Assembly: GCF_042660085.1 (NCBI RefSeq)
Contig: NZ_JBHSTI010000008.1
Span: 2,332,543 to 2,364,542, forward strand
From: Longivirga aurantiaca
Lineage (GTDB): Bacteria > Actinomycetota > Actinomycetes > S36-B12 > CAIYMF01
DNA: 32,000 nt
Reading direction: 5' to 3'
Positions within the stretch are counted from its first letter, which is position 1; every line of letters starts with the position of its first letter. Both the position numbers and the translations under genes were made by a program. Under the pieces are notes generated by a model that did no database searches, had not been told where the DNA came from, and was given only the letters and a program-made list of their open reading frames with translations. Below, one piece after another: positions 1 to 9,000 of the stretch.

Positions 1-195
1 TACGTCTGGCTCGCGCGGATGGCCTCGATCGGCGCGGCCTCGGCCCAGGTGATCATCCAGGCGCTCGCCGTCATCAACATCATCTTCGGCCTGTTCCGCC
101 TGCCCTACGGCTGGCTCGGCCTCGTGCTCAACATCCTGATCCTGGTCATCGCGAGCGGCGCCTCGGCCAAGGCCTGGTTCAGCCGCCCGATCTGA
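1..195 (+). CDS. 3' end of a gene for a hydrophobic membrane protein (start lies outside the window)
   Basis: Frame +1 is open from the window edge to TGA 193-195. The translation YVWLARMASIGAASAQVIIQALAVINIIFGLFRLPYGWLGLVLNILILVIASGASAKAWFSRPI is TM-like, and codon third positions are almost all G/C. Family not recognised. Confidence 0.45.
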   Translation, partial: YVWLARMASIGAASAQVIIQALAVINIIFGLFRLPYGWLGLVLNILILVIASGASAKAWFSRPI

Positions 196-226
196 TCGAC
201 GCCCCGCAAGGAACCCGACCCGTGCG

Positions 227-1454
<1,228 letters not shown>

Positions 1455-1615
1455 GGCGGGCTTTCTCCACTCGTCGTGCGTGCTGGGGTGCTGCCGGAGG
1501 GCAGCCGACCGCGTCCCCGCGGCCCGTGATCAACAAGGGTGAGCCTAGGGCCACCTATTCCCGTCGACGACTGGAAGCAGGGCCTCGTACGGCGTCGCCG
1601 CAGGTCAGAGGCCGC

Positions 1616-2032
1616 TCAGACGACGGTGACCGGTTCCTCGGTGACGACGCCGTCCACGATGCGGTACGACCGCAGCTCGTACGGCCCGTCCTCGCTGCCG
1701 GTCTCCCGCGTCGAGACCAGCACGTAGTGGGCCTCCGGCTCGGACGCGTAGCTGATGTCGGTGCGCGACGGGTAGGCCTCGGTCGCGGTGTGCGAGTGGT
1801 AGACGACCACCGGCACCTCGTCGTTGTCGTCCATGTCGCGGTAGAGCCGCAGCAGGTCGAGCGAGTCGAACTCGTAGAAGGTCGGAGACCGCGCGGCGTT
1901 GACCATCGGGATGAACCGCTCGGGGCGGTCGCTGCCGGCCGGGCCGGCGATCACCCCGCACGCCTCGTCGGGGTGGTCCTGGCGCGCGTGGGCCACCATC
2001 GAGTCGACCAGGTCCTGTCGGATCGTGAGCAC
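1616..2032 (-). CDS. mec: JAMM/MPN+ zinc metalloprotease Mec (releases cysteine from the CysO-cysteine adduct)
   Basis: It carries the JAMM motif HSHTATEAYPSRTD (HxH-x7-S-xx-D) and DHPDEACGV. The orthologue-like N-terminus (V)LTIRQDLVDSMVAHAR favours GTG 2032 as the start. The track ORF extends to ATG 2101, so the start is uncertain. Confidence 0.85.
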   Translation of the reverse strand: MLTIRQDLVDSMVAHARQDHPDEACGVIAGPAGSDRPERFIPMVNAARSPTFYEFDSLDLLRLYRDMDDNDEVPVVVYHSHTATEAYPSRTDISYASEPEAHYVLVSTRETGSEDGPYELRSYRIVDGVVTEEPVTVV

Positions 2033-2225
2033 GCGCCCAGAGTACGAGGCCTGCGTGCGGGGCCCGAGGTCGCGTGACGTGCGTCGCATAAACCGCGCCA
2101 TAGGTTGTTCAACTTGCGCGGTGTGCGTCCCGGGACCACCCTGGGCGAGGCCGCGACCCAGTGCGCGGCTCCGCCGTTCCGGGAGACGACGGCATTCCTC
2201 GGCTCATGCCTGTGGAGGCTTGTCC

Positions 2226-3053
2226 ATGTCGTCCGCCGTAGAGACGCTCTCGAACGGACAGTTCCAGACCGTCTACAACGTCTTCTCCTTCGCCCTCGCG
2301 TCGATGCTCTTCACCGCGCTGTTCCTGCTGGTGTCCCAGGGCCGCGTGCTCCCCCGCTACCGCCAGGCGCTCGTGGTCTCCGCGACCGTCTGCGGCATCG
2401 CGGCCTACCACTACTTCCGCATCATCAACTCGTTCAACGAGGGCTTCGCCCCGACGGCGATCGGCGGCGACTACACGCTGACGCCGTTCGGCTTCAACGA
2501 GGCCTACCGCTACGTCGACTGGCTCCTCACGGTGCCGCTCCTGCTGCTCGAGACCATCGCGGTCCTTGCGCTCCCCCGCGCCACCCGCGCGTCCCTGCTC
2601 ACCAAGCTGATCCCGGCGTCGGTCCTGATGATCGCGCTCGGATACCCGGGCGAGGTCGCCATCGACACCCTGCCCAAGATGCTGTGGGGCGCGGCCTCGA
2701 CGATCCCGTTCCTCTACATCCTCTACGTGCTGTTCGTCGAGCTCACCAAGTCGCTCGGCCGTCAGCCCGCCGAGGTGGCTGCCAGCGTGAAGCGCCTGCG
2801 CATCCTGCTGATCGCCACCTGGGGCGTCTACCCGATCTCCTACCTGTTCCCGGTCTTCGGGCTCGACGGCGCGGACGCGTTCGTCCTGCGCCAGGTCGGC
2901 TACTCGGTGGCCGACGTCCTGGCCAAGTGCCTCTACGGCCTCGTGATCTACAAGATCGCGCGCATGAAGAGCGCAGCCGACGACCCGGTCTTCGCCGAGC
3001 AGGAGTTCGAGGAGGCGCCGTCGTCCGAGGCTCGGGCCACGGCTGCTGCCTGA
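2226..3053 (+). CDS. Microbial (type-1) rhodopsin, DTE-motif proteorhodopsin/xanthorhodopsin-like light-driven proton pump
   Basis: The protein is 275 aa with 7 predicted TM helices. GGAGG lies 7 nt upstream of ATG 2226. Helix C RYVDWLLTVPLLLLE gives D98/T102/E109, AAYHY gives H62, and helix G YSVADVLAK gives D230 and the Schiff-base Lys234 (aag 2925-2927). Helix E WGAASTIPFLYILYVLF aligns with bacteriorhodopsin WWAISTAAMLYILYVLF. The track ORF start (1899) is an upstream artefact. Confidence 0.93.
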   Translation: MSSAVETLSNGQFQTVYNVFSFALASMLFTALFLLVSQGRVLPRYRQALVVSATVCGIAAYHYFRIINSFNEGFAPTAIGGDYTLTPFGFNEAYRYVDWLLTVPLLLLETIAVLALPRATRASLLTKLIPASVLMIALGYPGEVAIDTLPKMLWGAASTIPFLYILYVLFVELTKSLGRQPAEVAASVKRLRILLIATWGVYPISYLFPVFGLDGADAFVLRQVGYSVADVLAKCLYGLVIYKIARMKSAADDPVFAEQEFEEAPSSEARATAAA

Positions 3054-3106
3054 CCGGCACGACGCACCACTCTCCGCACCTGCGTCTCCCGGCACGGGTG
3101 CGGTCA

Positions 3107-3144
3107 GGGCGGGTCCGTCGGTCGACAGACCGACGGACCCGCCC
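3107..3144 (+). terminator. Strong stem-loop between the opsin and blh genes (17-bp perfect stem, 4-nt loop, no U-tract)
   Basis: GGGCGGGTCCGTCGGTC (3107-3123), loop gaca, GACCGACGGACCCGCCC (3128-3144); the arms are exact reverse complements. It begins 54 nt after the opsin stop and ends 48 nt before the blh ATG. Confidence 0.6.
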
Positions 3145-3191
3145 ACCCCTCCTTCCACGCCGCACCGGCCATCCCGCAGCGAGGAGCAGCC

Positions 3192-4187
3192 ATGGCCACG
3201 GTCGTGACGACCCGCCCGCGGGAACTGGCCGCACCGCCCCTCGTCGCCGTCGTGCTCGCCGCCGGACCGGTGGCGGTCGCCCTCGCCGTGGCGTCCTCGG
3301 GCGCGTTCGCGAGCTCGGACCCCGCGGTCCCCGGCTGGGCGCCGGTCGTCGCCCTCGCGGCCCTCGTGGCCGGGGTGCCGCACGGCGCCGTCGACCACCT
3401 CGCCCTCGTCCGGTCGCCGTCAGGACGGCGGCGCCTCGAGCTGGCCGCCGTCTAACTCGCCCTCGCCGCGACGGCTGCGGCTGCCGTCGTCCTCGCCCCG
3501 GCGCCGGCGTTCATCGTCGTGCTGGCGATGTCGGTGTGGCACTTCGGCACGGGTGACGTCGCTCTCGCGGACGAGCTGGCGGGCTCGCCCCGGCGCGGCC
3601 GCGGGACGCGACTGGTCCACGTGCTCGCCGCCGGGTCGGTGCCGGTGCTGCTGCCGCTGACCTCGCCCGCCGCGACCGCCACCCTGGTGGGGCTGGAGCC
3701 CCGGCTCTCGGCCGTCACGGCGCCGGGCCTGCTGCTCGGCGTACGCGTGGCCGTGCTCGTCCTGGCCGCCACCGCGGTCGCCGTACTGCTGCGGGGGCGC
3801 CGAGTCGCCCCGGCAGGCGAGGTAGCGCTGCTCGTGCTGCTGGCTCTCACCGTGACGCCGCTGCTCGCCTTCGCGGTCTACTTCTCGGCCTGGCACGCCG
3901 CCCGGCACACGCTGCGGCTGGCGCTGGACGACCGGTCGCGGATCGACAGGGTGCGCCTGCGCACCGTCCTCCGCGACGGCCTGCCATCGCTCGTGGGCAC
4001 GCTGGCGGTGGTCGGGGCCGCGGTCGGCTCCGGGGCGACGACGTCCACCCGGGTCCTGTGGTTCGCGCTCGCCGCGGTCTGGGGGCTCACCGTGCCGCAC
4101 ATGGTGGTGGTCGGCGCCTTCGACCGGCGACGACGCAGCGCAGGCGTCAGTCCTGCTCGTCCCAGCCCGGCGGAGGCTCGGACGTGA
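3192..4187 (+). pseudogene. blh: Brp/Blh-family beta-carotene 15,15'-dioxygenase (retinal synthesis) interrupted by one in-frame TAA at 3453-3455
   Basis: Track ORFs 3192-3455 and 3519-4187 are in the same frame and separated only by TAA 3453-3455 (..LELAAV*LALAATAAA..VLAMSVWHFG). Family signatures are present on both sides: PHGAVDH, WHFG and WHAARH. GAGGAG lies 5 nt upstream of ATG 3192. Confidence 0.8.
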
Positions 4188-4740
4188 GGCCCGTGACGGC
4201 CTGGACGAGCGTCTCCTGCAGGAACGTCAGCCAGTCGTAGACGTGCACGTGCACGAACCCGGGGTCGTCCTCGTCGAGGTCGTAGAAGCCCTCGTGGTTG
4301 TCCTCGGTGAGCCCGAGCCGTGCGCCGAGGGCGAGGCGCAGGTCGTTGAGCGCACCCATCCAGGACGCGATCTCGTCGTCCGGCACGACGACCTTGCGGT
4401 CGGCCTCGGCCAGAGCACGCAGCACCGTCGCGGCATGGTTCATCTTGGTCTCGCGCAGCGACCGCTCGGTGAAGCGTCGGAACTCCGAGCTGGCCTCGTC
4501 GTCGTCGGCGTAGGCGTCGGGCAGAAGCCGCGCGAGGGCGGGGTCGTCGGGGCGCTCGGCGTCGGGGTCGATGCCGACCATCCGGGCGAGCGGGTCGGCG
4601 TCGGCGCCCCAGGGGTCGTCCTCGGGCGAGACGAGCTCGAGGACCTGGCTGACGAGCGTGGCCAGGAGCCCGCGCTCGACGTCGTCGACCTTCAGGACCA
4701 GCTTGCCCGTGGCAGTACGCCGGAAGCCGTGCACGGCCAC
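4147..4740 (-). CDS. DUF2017 domain protein (conserved actinobacterial partner of clpS)
   Basis: The 197-aa acidic ORF (..FRRFTERSLRETK..LNDLRLALGARLG..YDWLTFLQETLV) starts at GTG 4740, 1 nt after the clpS stop. This is the same arrangement as the gene next to clpS in mycobacteria. Confidence 0.85.
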   Translation of the reverse strand: MAVHGFRRTATGKLVLKVDDVERGLLATLVSQVLELVSPEDDPWGADADPLARMVGIDPDAERPDDPALARLLPDAYADDDEASSEFRRFTERSLRETKMNHAATVLRALAEADRKVVVPDDEIASWMGALNDLRLALGARLGLTEDNHEGFYDLDEDDPGFVHVHVYDWLTFLQETLVQAVTGLTSEPPPGWDEQD

Positions 4741-4741
4741 G

Positions 4742-5080
4742 TCAGTCGTCCTTCTGCAGGGTGGCCCAGAGCCCGTAGGAGTGCATCGCCGCGACGTCGA
4801 TCTCCATCTCCTCGCGGGTGCCGTTCGAGACCACCGCGCGGCCCTCGTGGTGCACGTCCCACATGAGCTTCTGCGCCTTCTCCTTGGAGTAGCCGAAGTA
4901 CTCCATGAACACGTACGTCACGTACGACATGAGGTTGACCGGGTCGTTCCAGACGAGCGTGATCCACGGCCGGTCCGGAGCGGTGATGCTCTCGGACTCC
5001 GGCCGATCGAGCTCGACCGGTGCGACTCCCACGGCGTCATCGTCGCACGGGCACGCGGCGGCGGGTGTGCGCGGCACCAC
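4742..5080 (-). CDS. clpS: ATP-dependent Clp protease adaptor ClpS
   Basis: [56 protein letters not shown] closely resembles mycobacterial ClpS. The start is uncertain: GTG 5080/5077, or GTG 5032. Confidence 0.9.
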   Translation of the reverse strand: MVPRTPAAACPCDDDAVGVAPVELDRPESESITAPDRPWITLVWNDPVNLMSYVTYVFMEYFGYSKEKAQKLMWDVHHEGRAVVSNGTREEMEIDVAAMHSYGLWATLQKDD

Positions 5081-5097
5081 GCGCGTACGCTCGCCCC

Positions 5098-6822
5098 GTG
5101 ACCGGACAGCCGCTCCCCGTCCCCCCGCGGGACCCGTCCCTCCCCGAGCCGCCGCTCCTGGCGCGCATCCGCCAGGGCGTCATCGGCGACGACACCGTGA
5201 TGCAGGGGCCGTTCGGTCCGCGCCGTGTCACGTACGCCGACTACACGGCGTCCGGCCGCGCCCTGGACTTCCTCGAGGACTTCATCCGCTGCGAGGTGCT
5301 CCCCCGCTACGCCAACACGCACACCGAGAGCAGCGGCACGGGTCTGCAGACCACCCGGCTGCGCGAGGACGCCCGCGCGATCGTGCACGACGCGCTCGGC
5401 TGCGGCGACGACGCCGTCGTCATCTTCACGGGCTCGGGCACGACCGGGGCGATCGACAAGCTGGTCGGCATCCTCAACCTGCGCATCCCCGCCGACCTCG
5501 ACCGCGAGCACGGCTTCTCGGCGCAGATCCCGCGCGACGAGCGTCCGGTCGTGTTCATCGGCCCGTTCGAGCACCACAGCAACGAGCTCCCGTGGCGCGA
5601 GTCGATCGCCGACGTCGTCACGATCCCCGAGGACGCCGACGGCCACATCGACGTCGAGCGGCTGCGCGCCGAGCTCGCGGCGTACGCCGACCGCCCGCTG
5701 AAGATCGGCTCGTTCAGCGCGGCGTCGAACGTCACCGGGATCATGACCGACGTCGACGGCATCGCCCGACTGCTGCACGAGCACGGGGCGCTGTCGTTCT
5801 GGGACTACGCCGCCGCCGGGCCGTACCTCGACATCGACATGCAGGGCGACCACGTCGACCCGCTCACGCGCAAGGACGCCATCGTCCTGTCGCCGCACAA
5901 GTTCGTGGGCGGCCCCGGCACCCCCGGTGTCCTCGCGATCCGGCGCGACCTGCTCACCAACTCGGTCCCCGTAGTCGTCGGCGGCGGCACCGTGGCGTAC
6001 GTGAACCCGGCCGAGCACGTGTACCTGGCGGACGCCGTGCACCGGGAGGAGGCCGGAACGCCGGCGATCGTCGAGTCGATCCGTGCCGGCCTGGTCTTCG
6101 ACCTCAAGCGCAACGTGGGCACCGACATCATCCGGGCGCACGAGGACGACTTCCTGCGCCGCGCCGTGGCCGCATGGAGCGCGCACCCGACCATCGACAT
6201 CCTCGGCAACCTCGACGCAGAGCGGCTCTCGATCGTGTCGTTCACCGTGCGCCGCCCCGGCGGCCGCTACCTCCACCACAACTTCGTCGTGGCGCTGCTC
6301 AACGACCTGTTCGGCATCCAGAGCCGCGGCGGCTGCTCGTGCGCCGGGCCGTACGGCCACCGGCTGCTCGGGATCGACCTCGAGAAGAGCCACGAGTTCG
6401 AGCGCGAGATCACCCACGGGTGCGAGGGCATCAAGCCCGGCTGGGTGCGGGTGAACTTCAACTACTTCGTGAGCGACGAGGTGTTCCAGTACGTCGTGCA
6501 GGCGGTCGCGATGGTGGCCGACCACGGCTGGAAGCTCGTGCCGCAGTACCGCTTCGACGTCGCGTCCGGTCGCTGGCGGCACAAGGACGGCACCGTCGAG
6601 CCGCCGTTGCGCCTCTCGCAGCTCGCCTACGTCGACGGCGAGCTGACCTACCCGCGGCACGACGACCGCGCTCCCGAGTCGGACCTGCGCCGCTACCTCG
6701 CCGAGGCGCACGACCTCATGGAGTCGCTTCCCGAGCCGGGCGAGGACGTCGACGTCACGCGCGTGAGCCCGGACTTCGAGCACCTCCGCTGGTTCGAGCT
6801 CCCCGCCGAGTGCCTCACCTGA
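5098..6822 (+). CDS. Aminotransferase class-V fold PLP-dependent enzyme (long, ~570-aa cysteine-desulfurase-like family)
   Basis: Motifs: [24 protein letters not shown], and the PLP-lysine motif [16 protein letters not shown]. The conserved N-terminal [13 protein letters not shown] requires a start upstream of it. GTG 5098 avoids overlap with clpS; the track start 5020 would overlap it. Confidence 0.85.
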   Translation: MTGQPLPVPPRDPSLPEPPLLARIRQGVIGDDTVMQGPFGPRRVTYADYTASGRALDFLEDFIRCEVLPRYANTHTESSGTGLQTTRLREDARAIVHDALGCGDDAVVIFTGSGTTGAIDKLVGILNLRIPADLDREHGFSAQIPRDERPVVFIGPFEHHSNELPWRESIADVVTIPEDADGHIDVERLRAELAAYADRPLKIGSFSAASNVTGIMTDVDGIARLLHEHGALSFWDYAAAGPYLDIDMQGDHVDPLTRKDAIVLSPHKFVGGPGTPGVLAIRRDLLTNSVPVVVGGGTVAYVNPAEHVYLADAVHREEAGTPAIVESIRAGLVFDLKRNVGTDIIRAHEDDFLRRAVAAWSAHPTIDILGNLDAERLSIVSFTVRRPGGRYLHHNFVVALLNDLFGIQSRGGCSCAGPYGHRLLGIDLEKSHEFEREITHGCEGIKPGWVRVNFNYFVSDEVFQYVVQAVAMVADHGWKLVPQYRFDVASGRWRHKDGTVEPPLRLSQLAYVDGELTYPRHDDRAPESDLRRYLAEAHDLMESLPEPGEDVDVTRVSPDFEHLRWFELPAECLT

Positions 6823-6840
6823 CCTGGCGGATCCCGGCGG

Positions 6841-8694
6841 TCAGCCGACCTTGATGGCGAAGTACGCGTAGGCGCCGCGCACCGATCCGCTGCCGACGGC
6901 GTAGATGCGGTACTGGTAGGTCTTGCCCTTCGTGGTCGGCGCCCAGCGGAACGTCGCCTTGCCGTAGCGGTCGGCCGCGGCGGTGGCGACCGTCGTCCAG
7001 GTCGAACCGACGAGCACCTGGCGCTTGACCGTCTGGCCCTTGATCCACGGCTTCAGCGCGACGTTCGCCGTCACGGTCTTCCCGGACTGCACCCCGAGCG
7101 CGCTGAGGTCGAGGGTGATGGCGGTGCGCACGCTCGTGGAGTCCGACGCCGTCCCCGTGTTGCGGTCCCAGGCGCCGGCGACGTTGACCTTGTACTGCGT
7201 GGACGCCGTCACCTTGTGCTGCAGCGCGACGCGGCCGTCGGACCCTGTGGTCGCGGACGTCACGAGGCTCCAGGTCGACGTGCCGGCCGTGCGGGCGTAG
7301 AGCACGGCCCGCGCGCCCTGCACGGCGACACCGTCAGAGGTCGCCCGCGCCGCGACCGTGGCCGTCGTGCCGTACGTCGTCGTGGACGGCACGTACACCC
7401 CGACCTTCGTGGCCGAAGGCGCGAGGGTGCGCGCGTAGTCCCGCAGCGACGACCACTGCGCGGGAGCGGCGCCGTCGAGGTTCCACTGCGCGATCCCGCG
7501 CAGGCGGTACTTCTCGACGAGCTTCGCGCGGGCGAGCGCGGACGCCGCGTTGTCGTACCACCCGGTGCGGTAGACCAGGCAGCTCGTGGCGGCGCCGCCG
7601 GAGGTCGTGCCCTTGTAGCGGACCTGGTAGGTGAACTGCCACTCGGCGTTGGTCTCGCTCCAGGTGCGCACGGCCGCGGACCGGTTGATCGTGTCCGAGA
7701 TGTAGTCCGCGCTCGGGATCGCGGTGCCGGCGGCTGCCGCGGTGAACGACAGCGTGTCCCGGTAGTTCGCCGGCGTGTTGGTCGGGCAGGTGCCCACGAC
7801 CTTCGAGACGCCGTTCACCTTCACCGTCGCGTTGCGCCCGTACGCCGGGACGCCGATCTGCACCTTGCCCGACGGCACGACGGAGACGGCATGCTGCACG
7901 ATCCGCTCGACCCACGGCAGCGGCGCGATCGGACCACCGGACACCGAGTAGTCGTACGCCATGATGCGCAGGCGGTCGACCTTGTCGGCGATGCCGGCCC
8001 AGTCGTAGACCCAGTAGCCGTCGTTCCATTTCGTGCCCGAGGTCTGGGTGCGGTTGTCGGTGTAGATCGGCGGCGTGGTGACCGAGAGCAGCTTGCCGCG
8101 CGCATGCAGCGCTGCGGAGAGCTGACCGATGAACGTGACCCAGTCGGGGCGCGTGGTGTCCCAGGTCGTCACCGCGTCGTAGAACGCGAAGCCCTCGAAG
8201 TCGAGGTCGATGCCGTCGTAGTCGTTGGCCTGGACGAGCGCCACGATGCTCGAGACGAGGGCGGCGCGGCGGGTGGGGTCGTCGAGCACCTGGGCCATCT
8301 GCAGGGGTGTGGTCTTCGTCGTCATGCCGTCGGTGATGCTGGGCAGCACCTTCACGCCGGCGTCGCGCAACGCCGTCAGGACAGCGGCCTTGTTGGCGGC
8401 GTACGGCGAGCAGGCCGGGCAGGGCCTGGCCTCGTTGACGGTGGGCGACACCAGGTCCTGCGCGACGTACCAGAACGGCGACACCTCGGGCATCAGGTCG
8501 GCGTTGGCGACGGCCGCGCGGGTGCTGGCGCTCGTGGCGGAGCCGAAGTAGCCCCAGCCGGTCACGATCGGGCGCGGCGGCGCATCGGCGGCGGTCGCGG
8601 TGGTGGCGGGCACGGCGAGGCCGAGGAGGCCCACCCCGAGGGCGGACGCGAGCAGGGTCGCGAGGCGGCGGGTGCCGGTGCTGCGACGGCGCAT
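6841..8694 (-). CDS. Secreted glycoside hydrolase family 18 protein with two C-terminal Ig-like beta-sandwich repeats
   Basis: It has the GH18 catalytic motif DGIDLDFE and MAYDY. The N-terminus MRRRSTGTRRLATLLASALGVGLLGLAVPATTATA is a signal peptide (possibly Tat-type), and GGGAGA lies upstream of ATG 8694. The C-terminal ~180 aa form two similar segments (..YKVNVAG.. / ..YQYRIYAVGS..). Confidence 0.85.
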   Translation of the reverse strand: MRRRSTGTRRLATLLASALGVGLLGLAVPATTATAADAPPRPIVTGWGYFGSATSASTRAAVANADLMPEVSPFWYVAQDLVSPTVNEARPCPACSPYAANKAAVLTALRDAGVKVLPSITDGMTTKTTPLQMAQVLDDPTRRAALVSSIVALVQANDYDGIDLDFEGFAFYDAVTTWDTTRPDWVTFIGQLSAALHARGKLLSVTTPPIYTDNRTQTSGTKWNDGYWVYDWAGIADKVDRLRIMAYDYSVSGGPIAPLPWVERIVQHAVSVVPSGKVQIGVPAYGRNATVKVNGVSKVVGTCPTNTPANYRDTLSFTAAAAGTAIPSADYISDTINRSAAVRTWSETNAEWQFTYQVRYKGTTSGGAATSCLVYRTGWYDNAASALARAKLVEKYRLRGIAQWNLDGAAPAQWSSLRDYARTLAPSATKVGVYVPSTTTYGTTATVAARATSDGVAVQGARAVLYARTAGTSTWSLVTSATTGSDGRVALQHKVTASTQYKVNVAGAWDRNTGTASDSTSVRTAITLDLSALGVQSGKTVTANVALKPWIKGQTVKRQVLVGSTWTTVATAAADRYGKATFRWAPTTKGKTYQYRIYAVGSGSVRGAYAYFAIKVG

Positions 8695-9000
8695 GTGGTG
8701 GTCTCCCTGGTCGTGGTGCGGCGAGGTCCGCGACGTGCTGCCTACTGAGTCCATCGTCGCCACCTGCTGGCGACTTGACGTCCTGGGCCGCTCAGGTGCC
8801 CGGAATGACCCTAAGAGTCCCGATTCTCAGGCGTCACGCACCCGTCCGCGTTCCGGCTCCACCCTCGCCGCCCCTGTCGTGCCGGCCCACCCGGGTGTCC
8901 GCTACCCGGAATCATCGGGCCGGCGCCGTCCGACGGTGCCCGGCGCGCTCCCCGGGTACGCGTGCGCCAGCGAGGGGCGGCGGCGACTAGCGTGCCGCGC

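Noticed and set aside
1455-1615. A possible SAM or other sulfur-metabolite riboswitch in the 161-nt mec-cysO spacer.
   Set aside because: I read the minus strand for SAM-I/SAM-IV-like cores and found only a short GCUGCC-cucc-GGCAGC hairpin, with no convincing conserved junction sequences. A covariance-model scan (Rfam/Infernal) would be needed to revisit this.
3192-3455. Treating 3192-3455 and 3519-4187 as two independent genuine genes.
   Set aside because: They share one frame and are separated by a single TAA. Together they reconstitute a complete Brp/Blh protein, and the second piece has no SD. I therefore report them as one interrupted gene.
8695-8717. A DasR/dre-like or chitinase-promoter-like direct repeat (TGGTCTcccTGGTCg) next to the GH18 gene start.
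   Set aside because: It lies between the SD and the region just upstream of the ATG and matches only half of the dre palindrome (TGGTCT). It is more simply explained as SD-flanking sequence.
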